A DNA stretch of 63,171 nucleotides, counting the filler, from Rhabdomonas costata (taxonomy: Eukaryota): the NCBI GenBank assembly GCA_019059605.1. It is 27 parts of 27 records of this genome, joined end to end, with 100 filler letters (N's around TTAATTAATTAA, not from the genome) between each part and the next. Parts side by side here need not be neighbours in the genome. Positions count along the whole stretch, not along the records: positions 9,380 to 11,624 come from JAHMHO010004577.1; positions 11,725 to 13,971 come from JAHMHO010004578.1; positions 14,072 to 16,316 come from JAHMHO010004579.1; positions 16,417 to 18,661 come from JAHMHO010004580.1; positions 18,762 to 21,005 come from JAHMHO010004581.1; positions 21,106 to 23,349 come from JAHMHO010004582.1; positions 23,450 to 25,693 come from JAHMHO010004583.1; 20 more parts are not named here. One strand, written 5' to 3'. The notes beneath the pieces are model-generated. The model was not told the DNA's origin, searched no databases, and saw only the letters and a list, made by a program, of their open reading frames with translations. A program made the translations under genes and the position numbers. Of the stretch, positions 10,837 through 23,765 are shown one piece after another; the stretch's first letter is position 1, and the number at the start of each line of letters is the position of its first letter.

Positions 10837-12203
10837 CTGAACGGCAAGCAGACTCTCCACAAACCAAGTCATTCAAAGGAAGCGGGGCTGAAACGAGGAG
10901 AGAGAGAGAGAGAGCCCTGGCATTTCTTAAGTTATCTCGAGTGGCTCGAAAGTTCACAAATTCAAAACGCGGCACAGTGACACTTGGGGGTGGGGGCAGA
11001 GAAACCTAACCTAGGTTAACTTAGGTTCGGGCATCTAGGTTAGGACATCGCACATTTCATTTTCTCCGGGGCTTTGACACGTCTCTTCGTCTCCGATCCT
11101 CATGAGTCCCCCAGGCAAAACCCTCCCGCATTCTCTCCAACCACCTGTCTTTCCTTTCATCCCCTTGACCCGTGTGTCTGCTTATTTTACCCTGCCTGAT
11201 TATAATTAATTTCTTCCACCGCCATTCACTCGCTTTGTGTTATTTGCCTTTTGTTGGCCATCTCTGGTTTCGCTATTTTTGTCTTTGTTCCGTGCCGCTG
11301 TAATACATTGGCTTGAATTGCTTTCTTCGTCACGTGTTTCACCCATTGAATATGTGCACAAGCTGCTGAGTCATGAATCCAGGATGTCATTGAAACTACA
11401 GACATGCGGTTTTCTTCGCGAACTTCACATTCGTATAATTTCTCAGCTCCCTTCCCCACCACCCAGAGAACTCCTAAACGATTTGACTACTTAATGGTCA
11501 TCCACAAATTCCATGTCGTCCTGTGGAACACCCTTGGCAAACATAGTTACCAGTAGTAATCAGTGTCACCACTTCCCCACTCAAGCATCGACGCAACGAA
11601 GACACATCACAAGGACAACCAAAANNNNNNNNNNNNNNNNNNNNNNNNNNNNNNNNNNNNNNNNNNNNTTAATTAATTAANNNNNNNNNNNNNNNNNNNN
11701 NNNNNNNNNNNNNNNNNNNNNNNNCGATCCCACTTCTTTTTTTGGGGGGTGGGGGGGCGGATTTCCTTTTACCGTTAACTTTCTGGTGAAAAAGAGACCC
11801 CGGATGTTGTTGTTGGTGTTTGGTTTTGCTTCTGCCTTTGGAAAAGAGAGTTGTGCTGACACTGTGGACCAATGTTCCTTAGCCTTTGTTTGGGCCTCCA
11901 ACGTCTTGGTGTTGCCTTAGGATTGGATTTTCCCTGAAGTTTCCTGATTTCGGAACGTGCTTCGGAATTTCGGATAAGGGTGGGCTAATTTTCGGATGAC
12001 CTGCTTCGCTCTGAAAGCAATGCAGTGTGCCCATCTGCGCCCTGGCGTAGGGTATTGATCCTTCTGTTGGGGTGAGTTTCTCATATTCTGGAAGTGTCCA
12101 TCTTCTTTTTCTGCACCGCGGTTTGCCAAGATGCAGGCTTTCCTTCCGCACTGCTGACCGCCTCTGCGTTGTGGGGTCGTGTCGGATCGTGGTTGCCGCC
12201 TAA

Positions 12204-13878
12204 ATGGGCTCCCGGTCTTCGTCGCGGCGGCTCAGAAAGCGGTACCTGTTACTCGCTGTGCCCCTGTTGTGTGGGCTGTTGCTGGCCGCCAGCGTGCCCG
12301 CTCACCACGTCCGCAACGCCATTCGCCGAAGCAGAGGAGAGGCTGAATTTCTCTCAGAACAGAGCGAACCCCGGCATGCTTTCTGGAACCGTCCTGGTGG
12401 ACCTTTGCCCCCTGAGGGGTCAGCCGTGGAAACCCTGGGCAGAGTGCCCGTCCCAGCTTTAGTTGATCCTGTGGTCAAACCGGTACCTGCATTGCCAACC
12501 GAAGCTGCGCCGCTTCAGCCGCCTCCATCGCCGCCTCCGCCTGTGTCGGCGCCTGTAGCTGCACAACCAACGCCGGAACCCGAGCGGGAACCCAAACCGG
12601 ATGTGAAGCTGCCAGATCCAGAGAAGCCGCACGCAGTGGTTCATCAAGAAGCGGCTGTGAGCAAGGTCATTTGTCGTTTTCTCTCGTTTGTCCACCCAGT
12701 CCCTCGGTCCTTGGTTTGCGCAGCCCAACTTTCCTCCCGATCACCAGCATTCACATCATTTCCAGCGAAGTCGCTCAGTCATTTTGGCCACTGCGTATAT
12801 ACATTGTGAGACAAGAGATTGATACCGGCTCTGTGGTGTTAGCGTCGTTCGAGCGTGCTGGGTTGCATGCACGATTCCAGCTTGGGGGAAGGGGCAATGC
12901 GGAATGGAGGTTTTCTCCTGGAAAACGTGTGTTCTCACTGTCTGTGGATGTGTCTGTGGTGCTGTGGATGGTTCACCAGCCGTGGCTTTGATGATGAAAT
13001 AATTTGTTCTGTCGGGTGTGCGTGCATGTTCCTTGCCAGCGTTTTGGTGCAGTGGACCCACTTTTTTGAGGTAGGCTGCAAGTTCTGGGAATAGCTCTGG
13101 GGCTGCCCAAGTCCAGGCGGCATTTGAGGCGGCGCTGCTGCAGTGGACACGCAACGTGAAACGGGATGCGGGTAGCCCTCCGATTGAGCAGTCTTCCGCC
13201 AAGTTCGTTGACTTTAGTGAGCCGAAGACCGGTGAGTGCTTTTTCCACATTCATCATCGTGACAGGGCGTTTATTGGTTTGGTGTGTTGGCGAACAGCTT
13301 TGTATTAACACTGCGTTATAATAAAGGTCAAACGACTTTAGATTTCAGCTGCTCTGCATACATTGTGCACCACGGGGACTTGTGTGCGATGAGAATGTTG
13401 AGCGGAAACTTGGACGGCGTTTTTTTCTGACATGGTCATACCGTTGGTCTTTGTTAGAGCCAAGGACATTTCTCTGAATGCAATGAGCTCACCAGCAAGC
13501 GTTCGTTTCATGACTGCTCGTTGGCTTTACTGCCACTTTTGAACTCTCAGAAAATGCACTCATCCACTCATGCCTTACGTGTACCAGATGGTTTCTCTAA
13601 TCACTTCTCAGCGCTCCCAAAGCACTGTTCTTTGCTTAGCCGTGGAGATGCCGCTCCACGAAGACAGCGTGGATCAGTCCAGGCTTTGGTTGGCATGCGA
13701 CCCCCACAACGCCACGTTCACTCCGACCACAGACGCGGCGTGTCTGCAGTACATCGGGAACCGCCACAACATCCGCACCATAAAGCCGATGGCCTCCACG
13801 CTGAGCCAGGCGCGGACGATCAAGTTCCGGATCACGTTCCGGCATGGGGAGCCGTCCCCCTTGAGGGCAATTGTGAAG
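12204..13878 (+). CDS. Type II membrane protein with Pro-rich stem, probable Fam20-like secretory-pathway kinase, 5' part. Exons 12204-12665, 13117-13231, 13640-13878
   Basis: Basic N-terminus plus signal anchor (RKRYLLLAVPLLCGLLLAA), PEP-rich stem, then WLACDP...ACLQYIGNRHNIRTIKPMASTLSQARTIKFRITF...RAIVK (kinase N-lobe-like). Splice phases are compatible. Family call is from recollection. Confidence 0.55.
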
Positions 13879-14361
13879 GTAACACACCCCACTTTCACAA
13901 TTGATGTCATCAGGCCACCAATTATTTTAAATTTTGAATAACGGGTGCAACAGCGATTCCGAAACACCCACNNNNNNNNNNNNNNNNNNNNNNNNNNNNN
14001 NNNNNNNNNNNNNNNTTAATTAATTAANNNNNNNNNNNNNNNNNNNNNNNNNNNNNNNNNNNNNNNNNNNNCAATCTATTAAACGCGAAGAAAAAAAAGG
14101 GGGGGGGGCGGTGATTTCGTGTGTAAATGTTGACACTTACAACAAACCCAATTCAGAACCTGAAAGCGCTGAGAGCAAACAGCTCTGAGGGACGCAGAAT
14201 TCACGCCACAAGTACCGTCCGACCGTGTGCACCCAGAGGACGAGTTTTTAGAAACGAAAAGAGTTTGAGAGTACAAAAAACGCGCCGCCCAGAAGCTACA
14301 ACAACACGGAAAGTCCACAAGTTGTTGGTGGCGGAAGCAGCCTTTCCTTGGACGCAATGCG

Positions 14362-16234
14362 TCACTTTCCTCCGCCGCCGCGATAATCTGCGTGAAGCTT
14401 TGCAGAGTCATCGCGAGAGATCTTTTTCCATCCACCGGGAAAGACGTGGTACACTGAAAACGCAAACAAAAAAGCGACACCAATAAAACAGACCAGCCTC
14501 CACAGAGAAAAGGCCAGACGGAGGATTCTTTGCTTTAAATTATGCTCCACCACTCAGATTCTCCCAACACAACAAATCACACTGACCGACACAAGCGGTC
14601 TATTGACGACACCACGCAATATACGAGGTTTTTGTCATGTCACATGGCACATGGCACAGATAAGAGCAGCAATTCTCCCTGGCCGAGAGACAGGCATCAA
14701 AGCGGGATATTTTATTCAGTATGGTGGTAACAGGTTCTTTTTGTCTTTTATGTGACAAAGTTTAACGCCGTCCTGTGAACTATGGAGTGGGGAGTCACTC
14801 CCTACCTACGGACATCCCTGAAAGTGCTTCGCATTAACCTGTACAGCTTTATACAACGTCCCCGCCGCTACCTACCCCAAGATAAGTCTGTCCCATTTCC
14901 CACCAAAGCCCAGGAAGAAAAATATTCGCGAAACGAGAAAGACAAAAACGAAAAGACACAAAAAAGCTTTCTTGTTCTCATGTCCTAGGGGAACATCGAA
15001 CAACCCCGTCATAATGTATGCACTGTTATATGGATGGTCAACAGAACGTTTGTTTTGCTTTGTAGGCAATGCCGTTTACTTTCAAAAAAGAAAAAAAGCA
15101 CCCGTGTCCCTTGTTCGCTGCTGCGCTTGCCTCGTATTCTCAGAAGTGCGTCTATTACTGCCGAGGCTCTTTTTGTTTTGGCACACAATCGACAGGCAAC
15201 CGGAGAAGCTGAGGGAACGATCCAGCATCCTCGTCCTGCAGACGAATTCATGGCTACCCGAAAATAAAACCACCAGAAACCAGCACACAGACTCGCTACC
15301 CATCACTTTCCCTCCACTGCCAGCATCCAGGTGGGTGGCGTGGTACACGGCGCGCCGGCCAAGTTCCAGAGCCTCCGGAACGCTGAGGTCCCAGCGGTAG
15401 CCCGCGTCCAAAATGCCTGACACACCCCCAGGACCAAAATGGAGAACCACAATGGCGAGGCTTTTAAAAACAGCACAAGAGTTGGAACTGGAAGGCCACT
15501 TCTTCACCTCGAGTTCTAAACCGAGGGAAGAACCGTCAGAAACGGGCCCTGCGTGTAATCTCGGATGCGTGAATGGTGAATTTCAGTGAATGCCAATTAG
15601 TATAGCAAAAAGCACCCAATCGTTTGGACCAGAAAGCGAGGAGACACACAACACGACATTAAAGGCAAAATTTATAGCCCCTGAACTTGAACAAAACAAA
15701 CCATATTGTGTTGGTAATCTCGTCTGAACTTTTGAAAAAACCATTACCAGTTGCCAGTTAAAACCAAAACCACGAGAAGCTACCAATCATGTGTGATGTG
15801 GAGGATGATTCTCCGGAAATCAGATGGAAGCAGGCCTGGATGTTTTCGTGTAAAGTCTGATCTTCTGAAGCTTCGCGGGAACCGTCCGTGTCTTTGCACC
15901 TCCCCGGCCTTTTTGAAGCCTGCTTTGAGCCGTACTTTATAGCGCCTTTATTTATGTTTCCCCTGTTTCACGGCAGTTACTGGGAATGATTTTTGCTTGC
16001 TGTATTTCGCTTTGTAGATCTCTAAAATAACGGGAAAAGCATTCCCAGAATACTGTCACTTTACTGACACTCCTAAAAGGCAATCGCTGTGCCAAAGAAA
16101 CACAAGTGCAACAAACCGTAAGCAAATATAGAGCCACTTCCGACGGAGAAGCGGTTGCTCTTGATCCGTGTCCCTTCGTCATCCACGTAGTACAGTGAGA
16201 CGCCCTGCTTGTCGGAGCCGGCAACCATCGTCCC
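14362..16234 (-). CDS. PSMB5: 20S proteasome subunit beta-5, 3' part. Exons 16234-16117, 15416-15300, 14453-14362
   Basis: [94 protein letters not shown]...*. Two phase-1 GT-AG introns. Confidence 0.93.
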
Positions 16235-16505
16235 CTAAACCGGGATGCATCAGACAAAAAAACTTCTGATTCCCTTATCCCCCTTTGCCAAGCTTCATCG
16301 CCTGGGCGTAGAGTCCNNNNNNNNNNNNNNNNNNNNNNNNNNNNNNNNNNNNNNNNNNNNTTAATTAATTAANNNNNNNNNNNNNNNNNNNNNNNNNNNN
16401 NNNNNNNNNNNNNNNNGGTTTTGGTTCAAAATAGCCCGGTAAGGGACCATTTACGAGCCAGAGACCTTCTGTGTTGTTGGTAACCGGATATCTGTTTCAT
16501 GCCAG

Positions 16506-16784
16506 CTGACAGACTACGCCGAGCAGAACCCAGACCTGTTTGACACCCGCACCGGCATTAACTGCCTGCGCTCGCTGGAGTTTCTGAACATGTACCGCCC
16601 CGACTTCATTGTGAGCTTCGACCGGGCGGAGAAGGGGGCGTTCTACATCGACTTGGGGCTTGTCTTGGTTTTCTGTTTCGCATTGCTCATGTGGAACTTG
16701 CTTGGGGACATTGCAGGTGGCATCAAGCTGTCGGCACCACCGTTCGCAACGGCGGGGTTCAGCCCGGTGCCCAACTTCACGTGA
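16506..16784 (+). CDS. Exon(s) of an unknown protein; 3' boundary uncertain
   Basis: After a CAG acceptor, GC3-rich LTDYAEQNPDLFDTRTGINCLRSLEFLNMYRPDFIVSFDRAEKGAFYIDLG. A T-rich stretch at about 16659-16716 may be a short intron. Confidence 0.45.
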   Translation: MTDYAEQNPDLFDTRTGINCLRSLEFLNMYRPDFIVSFDRAEKGAFYIDLGLVLVFCFALLMWNLLGDIAGGIKLSAPPFATAGFSPVPNFT

Positions 16785-19683
16785 ACCTTTCATCCTTGCA
16801 ATTTTGGCGATCACATTTGCTGGAGTGCTGTGCCGTTAGCTCGCACTACTGGGTGGACAGGAAAGGTCTTGTCGGCGCCATTTGAGGAGACACACCAGGT
16901 GCTATTAAGGTACCACCTCCCTTGACATTACCAATCGTGAGTGGAAAGTGTGTTGGTTCGGGGTTTCTGTCCACTAGGCTCAACCTCTGCCCACCGAGAA
17001 TTCGCTTTCACTAACCGCCCAAATGCTTTGTAAATGCAACGGGAAAGCACCAGACCTGGGCACTGGGCCAGACGGAAATTGCCTTGCCGACGGAAATTGC
17101 CCACAAACTGCCCCGCAAAGCTCGATTTTGAAACCTCCCATTTTTCGCGATTGGGATTTTGTACAATTCATGGGGACCACATTTCAGTGGTCCTGGCTTC
17201 ACTTAGTTCCGTGATAACCCTAACTGCCGTGGCCTGGGCGCCACTGTGATGCAAGACGGGACACGTGCACTTTGGCGTTTCCATGGTCAAAGTCCAATTA
17301 TTTTTGTTTGGCTGCCCAGGTTCCCTCTTTCTGACAAACATCCCATCATGGTATCTTAGGCTCGCCCTTAATATACCAGCGATATTACCGCCAAAAAAAG
17401 CTAAAAGCACGGCGCCCTCTTCACACGGTGTACAAAACTACTTCGGCGTCTTTCGTTGTGCCTTTCGCCGTGGATAGGCGCTAGGGTCGTCGAATAACCG
17501 CACCCCTTCGGCACATATAGGTGCGTTGGTGCGCAGTTTTCGACCACCGAACGGCCGGTCGGGGTCGGCCGGGTAAAAACAGCTTTTTGTCGCACCTCCG
17601 CTGTTCCAGAGGCAAATTCTCTCGATGTTCTCGGTCCCTTCCTTGCCTGTTTTTTGTTCTCACTTTTCAAACTCAACATTATTTTAATTAAAAACAAATG
17701 CACCATCAATTTTGTCAAAAAAAAACCCCCTATTCGATCCAAACGGGACTGAGCGGAGGAATCTTGAAACTAAAAAATGGTCGCTTCAAACAAAAATCCT
17801 TTGCTAAGACAAACTCGGTTGCGCATCCACCCTTGTCCGTATTCACACCTTTCCGGAAAAAATAACTAGGCGCGTAAAACCGCGAGCCCAGACGACGAGG
17901 CAGAACACAAAGGCGGCACAGAATGGAGATTCAAAACAGAACGCGGGCACGAACAATAGAACCAACACCGGTTCAGAATGGGACCTGCCATGTGGGGGAA
18001 CAAATCGAATGTCAAAAGCAGATGAATTGCTTTCGTGTTGACAGTTTTTCTGCTCCTTAACCTTAAAACGTGTTTTCAATCAGCACGCTTCCTGTGCCTG
18101 TTTATTTGTTTATGTATAATACGGGCCTGCTGCCCCGCATTCGTCGGCGCAAAAAAACAAACTCAAAAAACACTGCGTCAACTAATAAAGTTTTGTTCGA
18201 GTTTTCAAGTTTTGTAAAAAAATTTCAATTATGCAATTATTCATGGAAAACCGCGTGACATCGTCATTTTGAACACGTTCTGTCCGAGTACCGACAACGT
18301 TCGGTTTCAAGCCAAAACCCGATCCCAGCCACTTGACGCAGATAAAAACCAAACATCACATAAATAATGACTTCAGCGGTGCGCATGTCAGTTTGCTTTC
18401 CCGCATAGCGAATTTTTTCCAAGCGTCAAAGTCCACCAACATAAAGGGCTTAACGACCCTAAAACGACCCTAAAGACCATTCGAGGTGCACTAACAAGGT
18501 CTATCTTACGGAAATGCTATGTCAGTCCGAAGTACCCCTGGGTACCATCACTAGGCACACTAAGGACCTCGGTCTGAGAGCTTGGGCGCTGGTCTTGACC
18601 CCGAAAAGGCCTTAAATTGGCACTTTGGGGGTTCTTTAAAATGTTTTAAGTCCAAAACCCCNNNNNNNNNNNNNNNNNNNNNNNNNNNNNNNNNNNNNNN
18701 NNNNNTTAATTAATTAANNNNNNNNNNNNNNNNNNNNNNNNNNNNNNNNNNNNNNNNNNNNGGGTATGGCCCCACACGAGTTCTGCAGATTGAGAAAAAG
18801 GACAGTAAAACAAAAACTCACAAGGATGACAATCGCAAATGGGTAACCGCAATTTCTTTTGTAAAATAATCTTAAATAGTAAGCGATCAGTGAAAGTGGA
18901 CTTTTGGTGGCTCATCGTTCCTTTTCCGGTGTAAAAGAAACGAAGAGCCAAAGAAAGAACGTGGAAGCCTCCATCTTGTAGTGAGCATCAAAACTCCAAA
19001 AGTATGCAGGCCTGCAAAGGGCCAAAAAGTGCACCCCAGGCCCTGAAAATTCTCGACAGTCGAAAATGCCCTTAAAGGGCAAAAATGGGACATTGAAGGG
19101 GCCATATCTCAGCGTAGAGAAGGAGTCCGAGGCCAGGAAGGGGCCAACCAACTCATCTCAGGAGTACTACCATACCACCAGATATGAGCCCCAAACCGTC
19201 ACTCTAGGCTAGAGTTCTGAAGTCAACGTTAGGTCTCTGGTCCGGTCCGGCCCGGTCCGGCAGTGAGCATGGCAGATGTCACCAGCGAATAGGGCGAAGT
19301 TTTGGGCCGACGTAAGTGGTCCTACCCACCGACGATTGGTGGGGTTCCGGAGGTCGGCTGAAGAGGCCCACCTGGTAGAACCCCCGAACAGCGATGAGAG
19401 AAAGAACTGTACTCTACGTGCTGTATGGAAACCTTTGGGGTTGCGGGGGAGTGGGTCACGGAAGAAGGATGTGGGCCACGGCGTGCAGCATCCGCGTCCT
19501 CATGTGTCCTCAAGAAGTGCACAATGTATAGGTGTGAATCCGCACCACCCGCCCTCCCCGTGCTGCACGACAGGGTGGTGGCGGTGAAGGCTGGGTCCAT
19601 GAGCATCACGATACCCTACCATGAACCGCGTCCAGAAGAGCCAAGAAATGCACAGAGTGGGGAGGGGTTGCAGGGGCCTCAAC

Positions 19684-20736
19684 CTGAGCGGGCAGCCCCA
19701 GCCGTCTGGCCTTGCGGCACAGCAGGTAGAGGTGCCCCGGGGTGGGCGCGGCCTGTGCCAGGTTGGAAGCGGTGATCCGCAGCCTCTCCCGCAGGCTTCC
19801 TGAGGCACCCTGCAGTGCCCGGGCCGAGGCCAGGAAGGTCTCCCCGTCGCAGTGCCACCGTACCTCCGCGGTGCTGTGAAGTTGCTTTGAGAGCTCGGTG
19901 AGGGCGGCGTAGACGTCCGCTTCGCTGTCCGCCTCAGCCAAGACGTAGTACGGGGCTTTCTTGGTGATCACCCGGTAGTCATGGGGCACCTGCAAGCCCA
20001 AAGTGCCCAAAGTGAACCCACATGTTCGTCGCTTGCAAGTGATGGACCAGGGTTGCAACCACCTCAAAGTTCAATGTGAAGGTGCTTCAAGTTCAGTTAA
20101 ATTCCATTTCAAAGTTTAATGGCACAACCGTAGCGAAAAACGCCAACCAAAAATCCTTAAAAAATGGGCCAAGATTTATCGCCGAAGTTCAGAATTCAAA
20201 GTTAAATTGGGGCAGCCCAAAGCTCAGTTCAATTAAGTTCAATTCAACAGAAACTGTGTTCACCGTACGCTAAAAAAAGGCAGTGCGATGATTTTTTTTA
20301 CAACAAAATAAAGCAAGTGGCCACTAAGTTACAGGGGGAGAGGCATGAGAAGAGGGCGCCGAAATTGTATCGTTGCCCTGAGCAGACAGAGCGCGCACAA
20401 GTTATACGTAGGGGGCATTCGCACTTCTACTGAGGGGCTTGAGAGGCACTTCTATAGTGATGACTTTTAGTAGGCTTTGGAACTTACGCTGGTGCAAGGT
20501 GAGGTGCCGAGGTCCAAAAAGCTGCTGCAGTTAAGAAGTCCGTCGAAGGTTTAAGTGGAGGCACACAGGTTCTCACAGACCTCGCCCTTGGCCACCCGCA
20601 CCAGGATGCCCACCCGCTTCATAAAGCCCTGCATATACCGCTGCACGGTGAGCCCGAGGGAAGGCTCGGAGCGCAGCTTTTTCCACAGGGCGCGCCCCGG
20701 GGTGCCGGAGAGCAGGGGAGGAAAGCACACAAACTC
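19684..20736 (-). CDS. Internal exons of an unknown protein (~20736-20581, 19989-19684)
   Basis: ...RALWKKLRSEPSLGLTVQRYMQGFMKRVGILVRVAKGE|VPHDYRVITKKAPYYVLAEADSEADVYAALTELSKQL... joined by a GTCTGT...TTGCAG phase-0 intron. GC3-rich. Confidence 0.55.
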
Positions 20737-23700
20737 CATTTCAATATAGAGCACACACTCCCGGCAAAAAATGTGTATGTCAAAAAAGTCTGATGCGCGA
20801 CAAGGTCTGGAAATACAAAAAGCGCAAAAGCCCCGCTGTCCCCCTGAGAGAAAAGAAAACTCAACTCACTTATAAGTTATAAAAACGTTATATATTTCCA
20901 GGTCTTTCCTGCTTTTTCAAAGGTAACCCCGACAGAAAAATAAAACCCCTGCCCCACAATCGCAAACCGTGCACAGGCAATTCACGCCAGCAGATCCCTC
21001 TCTTTNNNNNNNNNNNNNNNNNNNNNNNNNNNNNNNNNNNNNNNNNNNNTTAATTAATTAANNNNNNNNNNNNNNNNNNNNNNNNNNNNNNNNNNNNNNN
21101 NNNNNTTGTTTTGTTTTTGTTTTCTGTTTCTGGCCACGCCATTTGTTCTGACATGCGAAGCCTCCACCGGCTCCATCTGTGGTGCGGCCACTCCTTTTTT
21201 AGCTGTTATTTGTGTGTGTGGTAGTGAATGTACATAGCTCGCAAAAAAGCACTGGCATTCGTTGTTGCCATTTGCTTTTTCACTCCTTGGTACTCACCTT
21301 CTCGACAACTTTATGGTTTACGGTTTATGACTATTGTGCTGACCCGCCCACCTTACCGAATATGTTTCCTTCCTTTATTTTCGCCCTTGACATCATCCTC
21401 TACCAACCGTTACCATTTACCAACCGGGCTTTTTGGCAAGCATGGCTGTTTGCCCATGCCGTCGTTACGTGTTCGCATCTTCGCATCTTCGCATCTTCGC
21501 ATAAGTTGCAGGTCAGGATCACAACGAAGCCCAGAATAAAAACGGACCTCTTCAAATATGCCCGTCTCACTCCCAAGGGGCTTGGACAGTTTGGCGAACA
21601 ATTCTCAAAGTCTGGAGAACGTGGATGGCGCTCAAGTGCTTTGCTGAGGCTGGCGTTTTGTGCAATAAAATCCATCCTTGGGGTTTACCGGTGCATTAAG
21701 CCTGTGCTCTGAAATTATCCGCACGCTGATCCGATCTCACTGTTGCTTTCTTCTTGTCTTTCAGAGCCTCCATTTGTTCCTTCCCTCCCTTTCGTTGCCT
21801 CTATCCTTGACAATGAACCACACCCGTCAGCCGGTGTGTGTGTGTGTGTGCACACCCCTTGTTTCAGATACAGTGAGGCTCTATGTGGTGGCTCCGCAAA
21901 GTGCGCAGAACCTAATTGATTACACTCAATTGACAAAGGTCGATTTGAAAATGCACTTTTTTCGGACAATAATTCTTTCCGACCGTGTTGGTTTGTTTGG
22001 GAGAAGGGGTCTCTGGTATCGGGGCGGTCAATGGGAGACCTGCCGGTGAAGGAGCCAACGAAAGTGATTTATTATTTGCCATCTTTTTTACTATGTGACA
22101 AGGATTTTTCGATTCGAGCTTTGTCAATTGTTGTTCACGTTTTGATCCGTGGGCTCGTTTCCTTCTCTGTGTGGTTTGACCTCTTCGCTAACTTGCAAGC
22201 GCTTTTCCTTTTCAGATTCTGGTGCGATCCTAGAGCTCGGAATTGCAGCAGTAGTCCGGTTGTCTGTGTTTTGGTTGCGACCAATTTGGATTCTTTTTTA
22301 GGGTTTCTCTGTGGTGGGCTTTGGCGACGCTACTGAGAAGCCGGTGTGGAGCCCCATGACTGCTTCTGTGCCCCTTGCACCCAGTCTGTTTATCGCACCT
22401 CAATCGCTCCGCCAGTTCCGTACAGCGTGCCAGGCGCTGTTCTGTATAGCAGTGTTGCATCGTTTGCATCGTTGCTAAAGCTAGGTCTTCATTTGTTCTG
22501 AACCCTGTCCTCTAAATGCTCCAAGTGCAAGGATTTTGTTCATCAGTTTGGTGGCATTAGGGGGTGGAATTAGCCATTCCGTATTGCAGAAGACAATTGC
22601 GATCTAAATATGCGATGTGCAGGCCGGCATTCAACCAGTGCCGAGCAGATTCGTATTGCAAACTGCCACAGCCAATTCACGAATGAATGCACGAACCCTT
22701 GTTTTCGAAGGGAGTCAAACTGGAGCTTGACAGTTGCCGTTCACCACCCCCCTCAACCGCTTTGACCCAAAATAACACATGGAAGGTACATGCACCAAAT
22801 TTCTTGTTCATCGGTACCCTCACAACTGTGCTCAGTTTCTGTCCAACGGTGGCGTTCCAGGCATTTCGCCACGCAGCAGCGTCACAGTACGAGTGTGGGG
22901 ACATACCTCAGGCCACCCGCTGCCCTTTTTGCGCTTGCCATCAGACCTTGGGTGCTGCAAGGCCCTCTCGGGGGCTGGGCAATGGCTCTGCTCTTCGCGT
23001 CCGACCTCTCACCGAAGCTGGTGCCTTGGGCATCTGCCGTGAGCCGCTCCGCCCGCGGCCGGGTGCCCAGCTTGGCCGGGGCTGCTGAGCATTGCTCATT
23101 GCCTCCCAACAAGCCCTGATGAGGGCTGTACGCCCTCTTCCCGCTCCTTTTGGTTTTTGGCGTGTGTGTGGTCTGTGGCTTTTTTGCACCTGTGTGAGTT
23201 GTAAATGGTTTACTGCAACAACCCGAGAACGTTGCACTTCTCCCCAGGAATGGGGACTGCCTTCCCCAATCCGCAACCCAGAAAGTCCTGGGCAGCTTCC
23301 TTTTCCTTTTTTTTTTCAGCTTTAAAGGTTGTTGCAGTAAACCACAACCNNNNNNNNNNNNNNNNNNNNNNNNNNNNNNNNNNNNNNNNNNNNTTAATTA
23401 ATTAANNNNNNNNNNNNNNNNNNNNNNNNNNNNNNNNNNNNNNNNNNNNGTTTTCGGGGTGCACGTTCGTCGAAATCAATGAACCAATCGATAGCACATA
23501 ACGATGGCTTCTCCCTACCAAAACCGCACCCAATGACTTCCAACATCTGCAGAGCAATCAGAGACCTAAATGCCATCCAACAGTTTTCGACACAACCAAT
23601 CCCCACAAGATCCCAAGCCATATCACCACAGACATTTTTTCAGGGCAGATGAAGAAAAGGGTAAGTTAATCCGGGAGTTACTCCTCACGCGGCAGACCAT

Positions 23701-23765
23701 GGTGCGGGGGAAGAGGCAAGCAATGACCTGCTGTAGAGCAGCTTCCGCAGAGTGTCCAAGCGCAC

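Noticed and set aside
11003-11044. AACCTAACCTAGGTTAACTTAGGTT palindrome with TTAGG-like units, as a telomere fusion
   Set aside because: Very short, degenerate, intronic and a different unit from the TTAGGG end. More likely a simple-repeat or transposon remnant.
17051-17323. Possible hAT MITE (ACCTGGGCA ... TGCCCAGGT)
   Set aside because: Only a 9-bp inverted match, the outer bases disagree, and there is no target-site duplication.
16950-19270. Structured-looking non-coding DNA as rRNA, tRNA, snRNA or spliced-leader RNA genes
   Set aside because: No tRNA cloverleaf or T-loop context, no conserved rRNA segment, and no euglenid spliced-leader sequence recognised. An Infernal/Rfam scan would be decisive.
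20700-20740. Euglenid non-conventional intron end (CTG near the 3' boundary) upstream of the 20581 exon
   Set aside because: The spacing does not fit, no paired 5' end was identified, and an in-frame AG acceptor exists near 20737.
21472-21502. Short tandem repeats such as (TTCGCATC)n here, (GCCGTAT)n near 32060 and (CATATGCTG)n near 50941
   Set aside because: Ordinary slippage-type micro- and minisatellites with no further structure.
21106-23349. Exon-like GC-rich patches in this fragment, and likewise in 44761-46781, 53908-56148 and 60931-63000
   Set aside because: They probably include real exons, but I could not fix a frame or recognise a family, so no CDS is reported.
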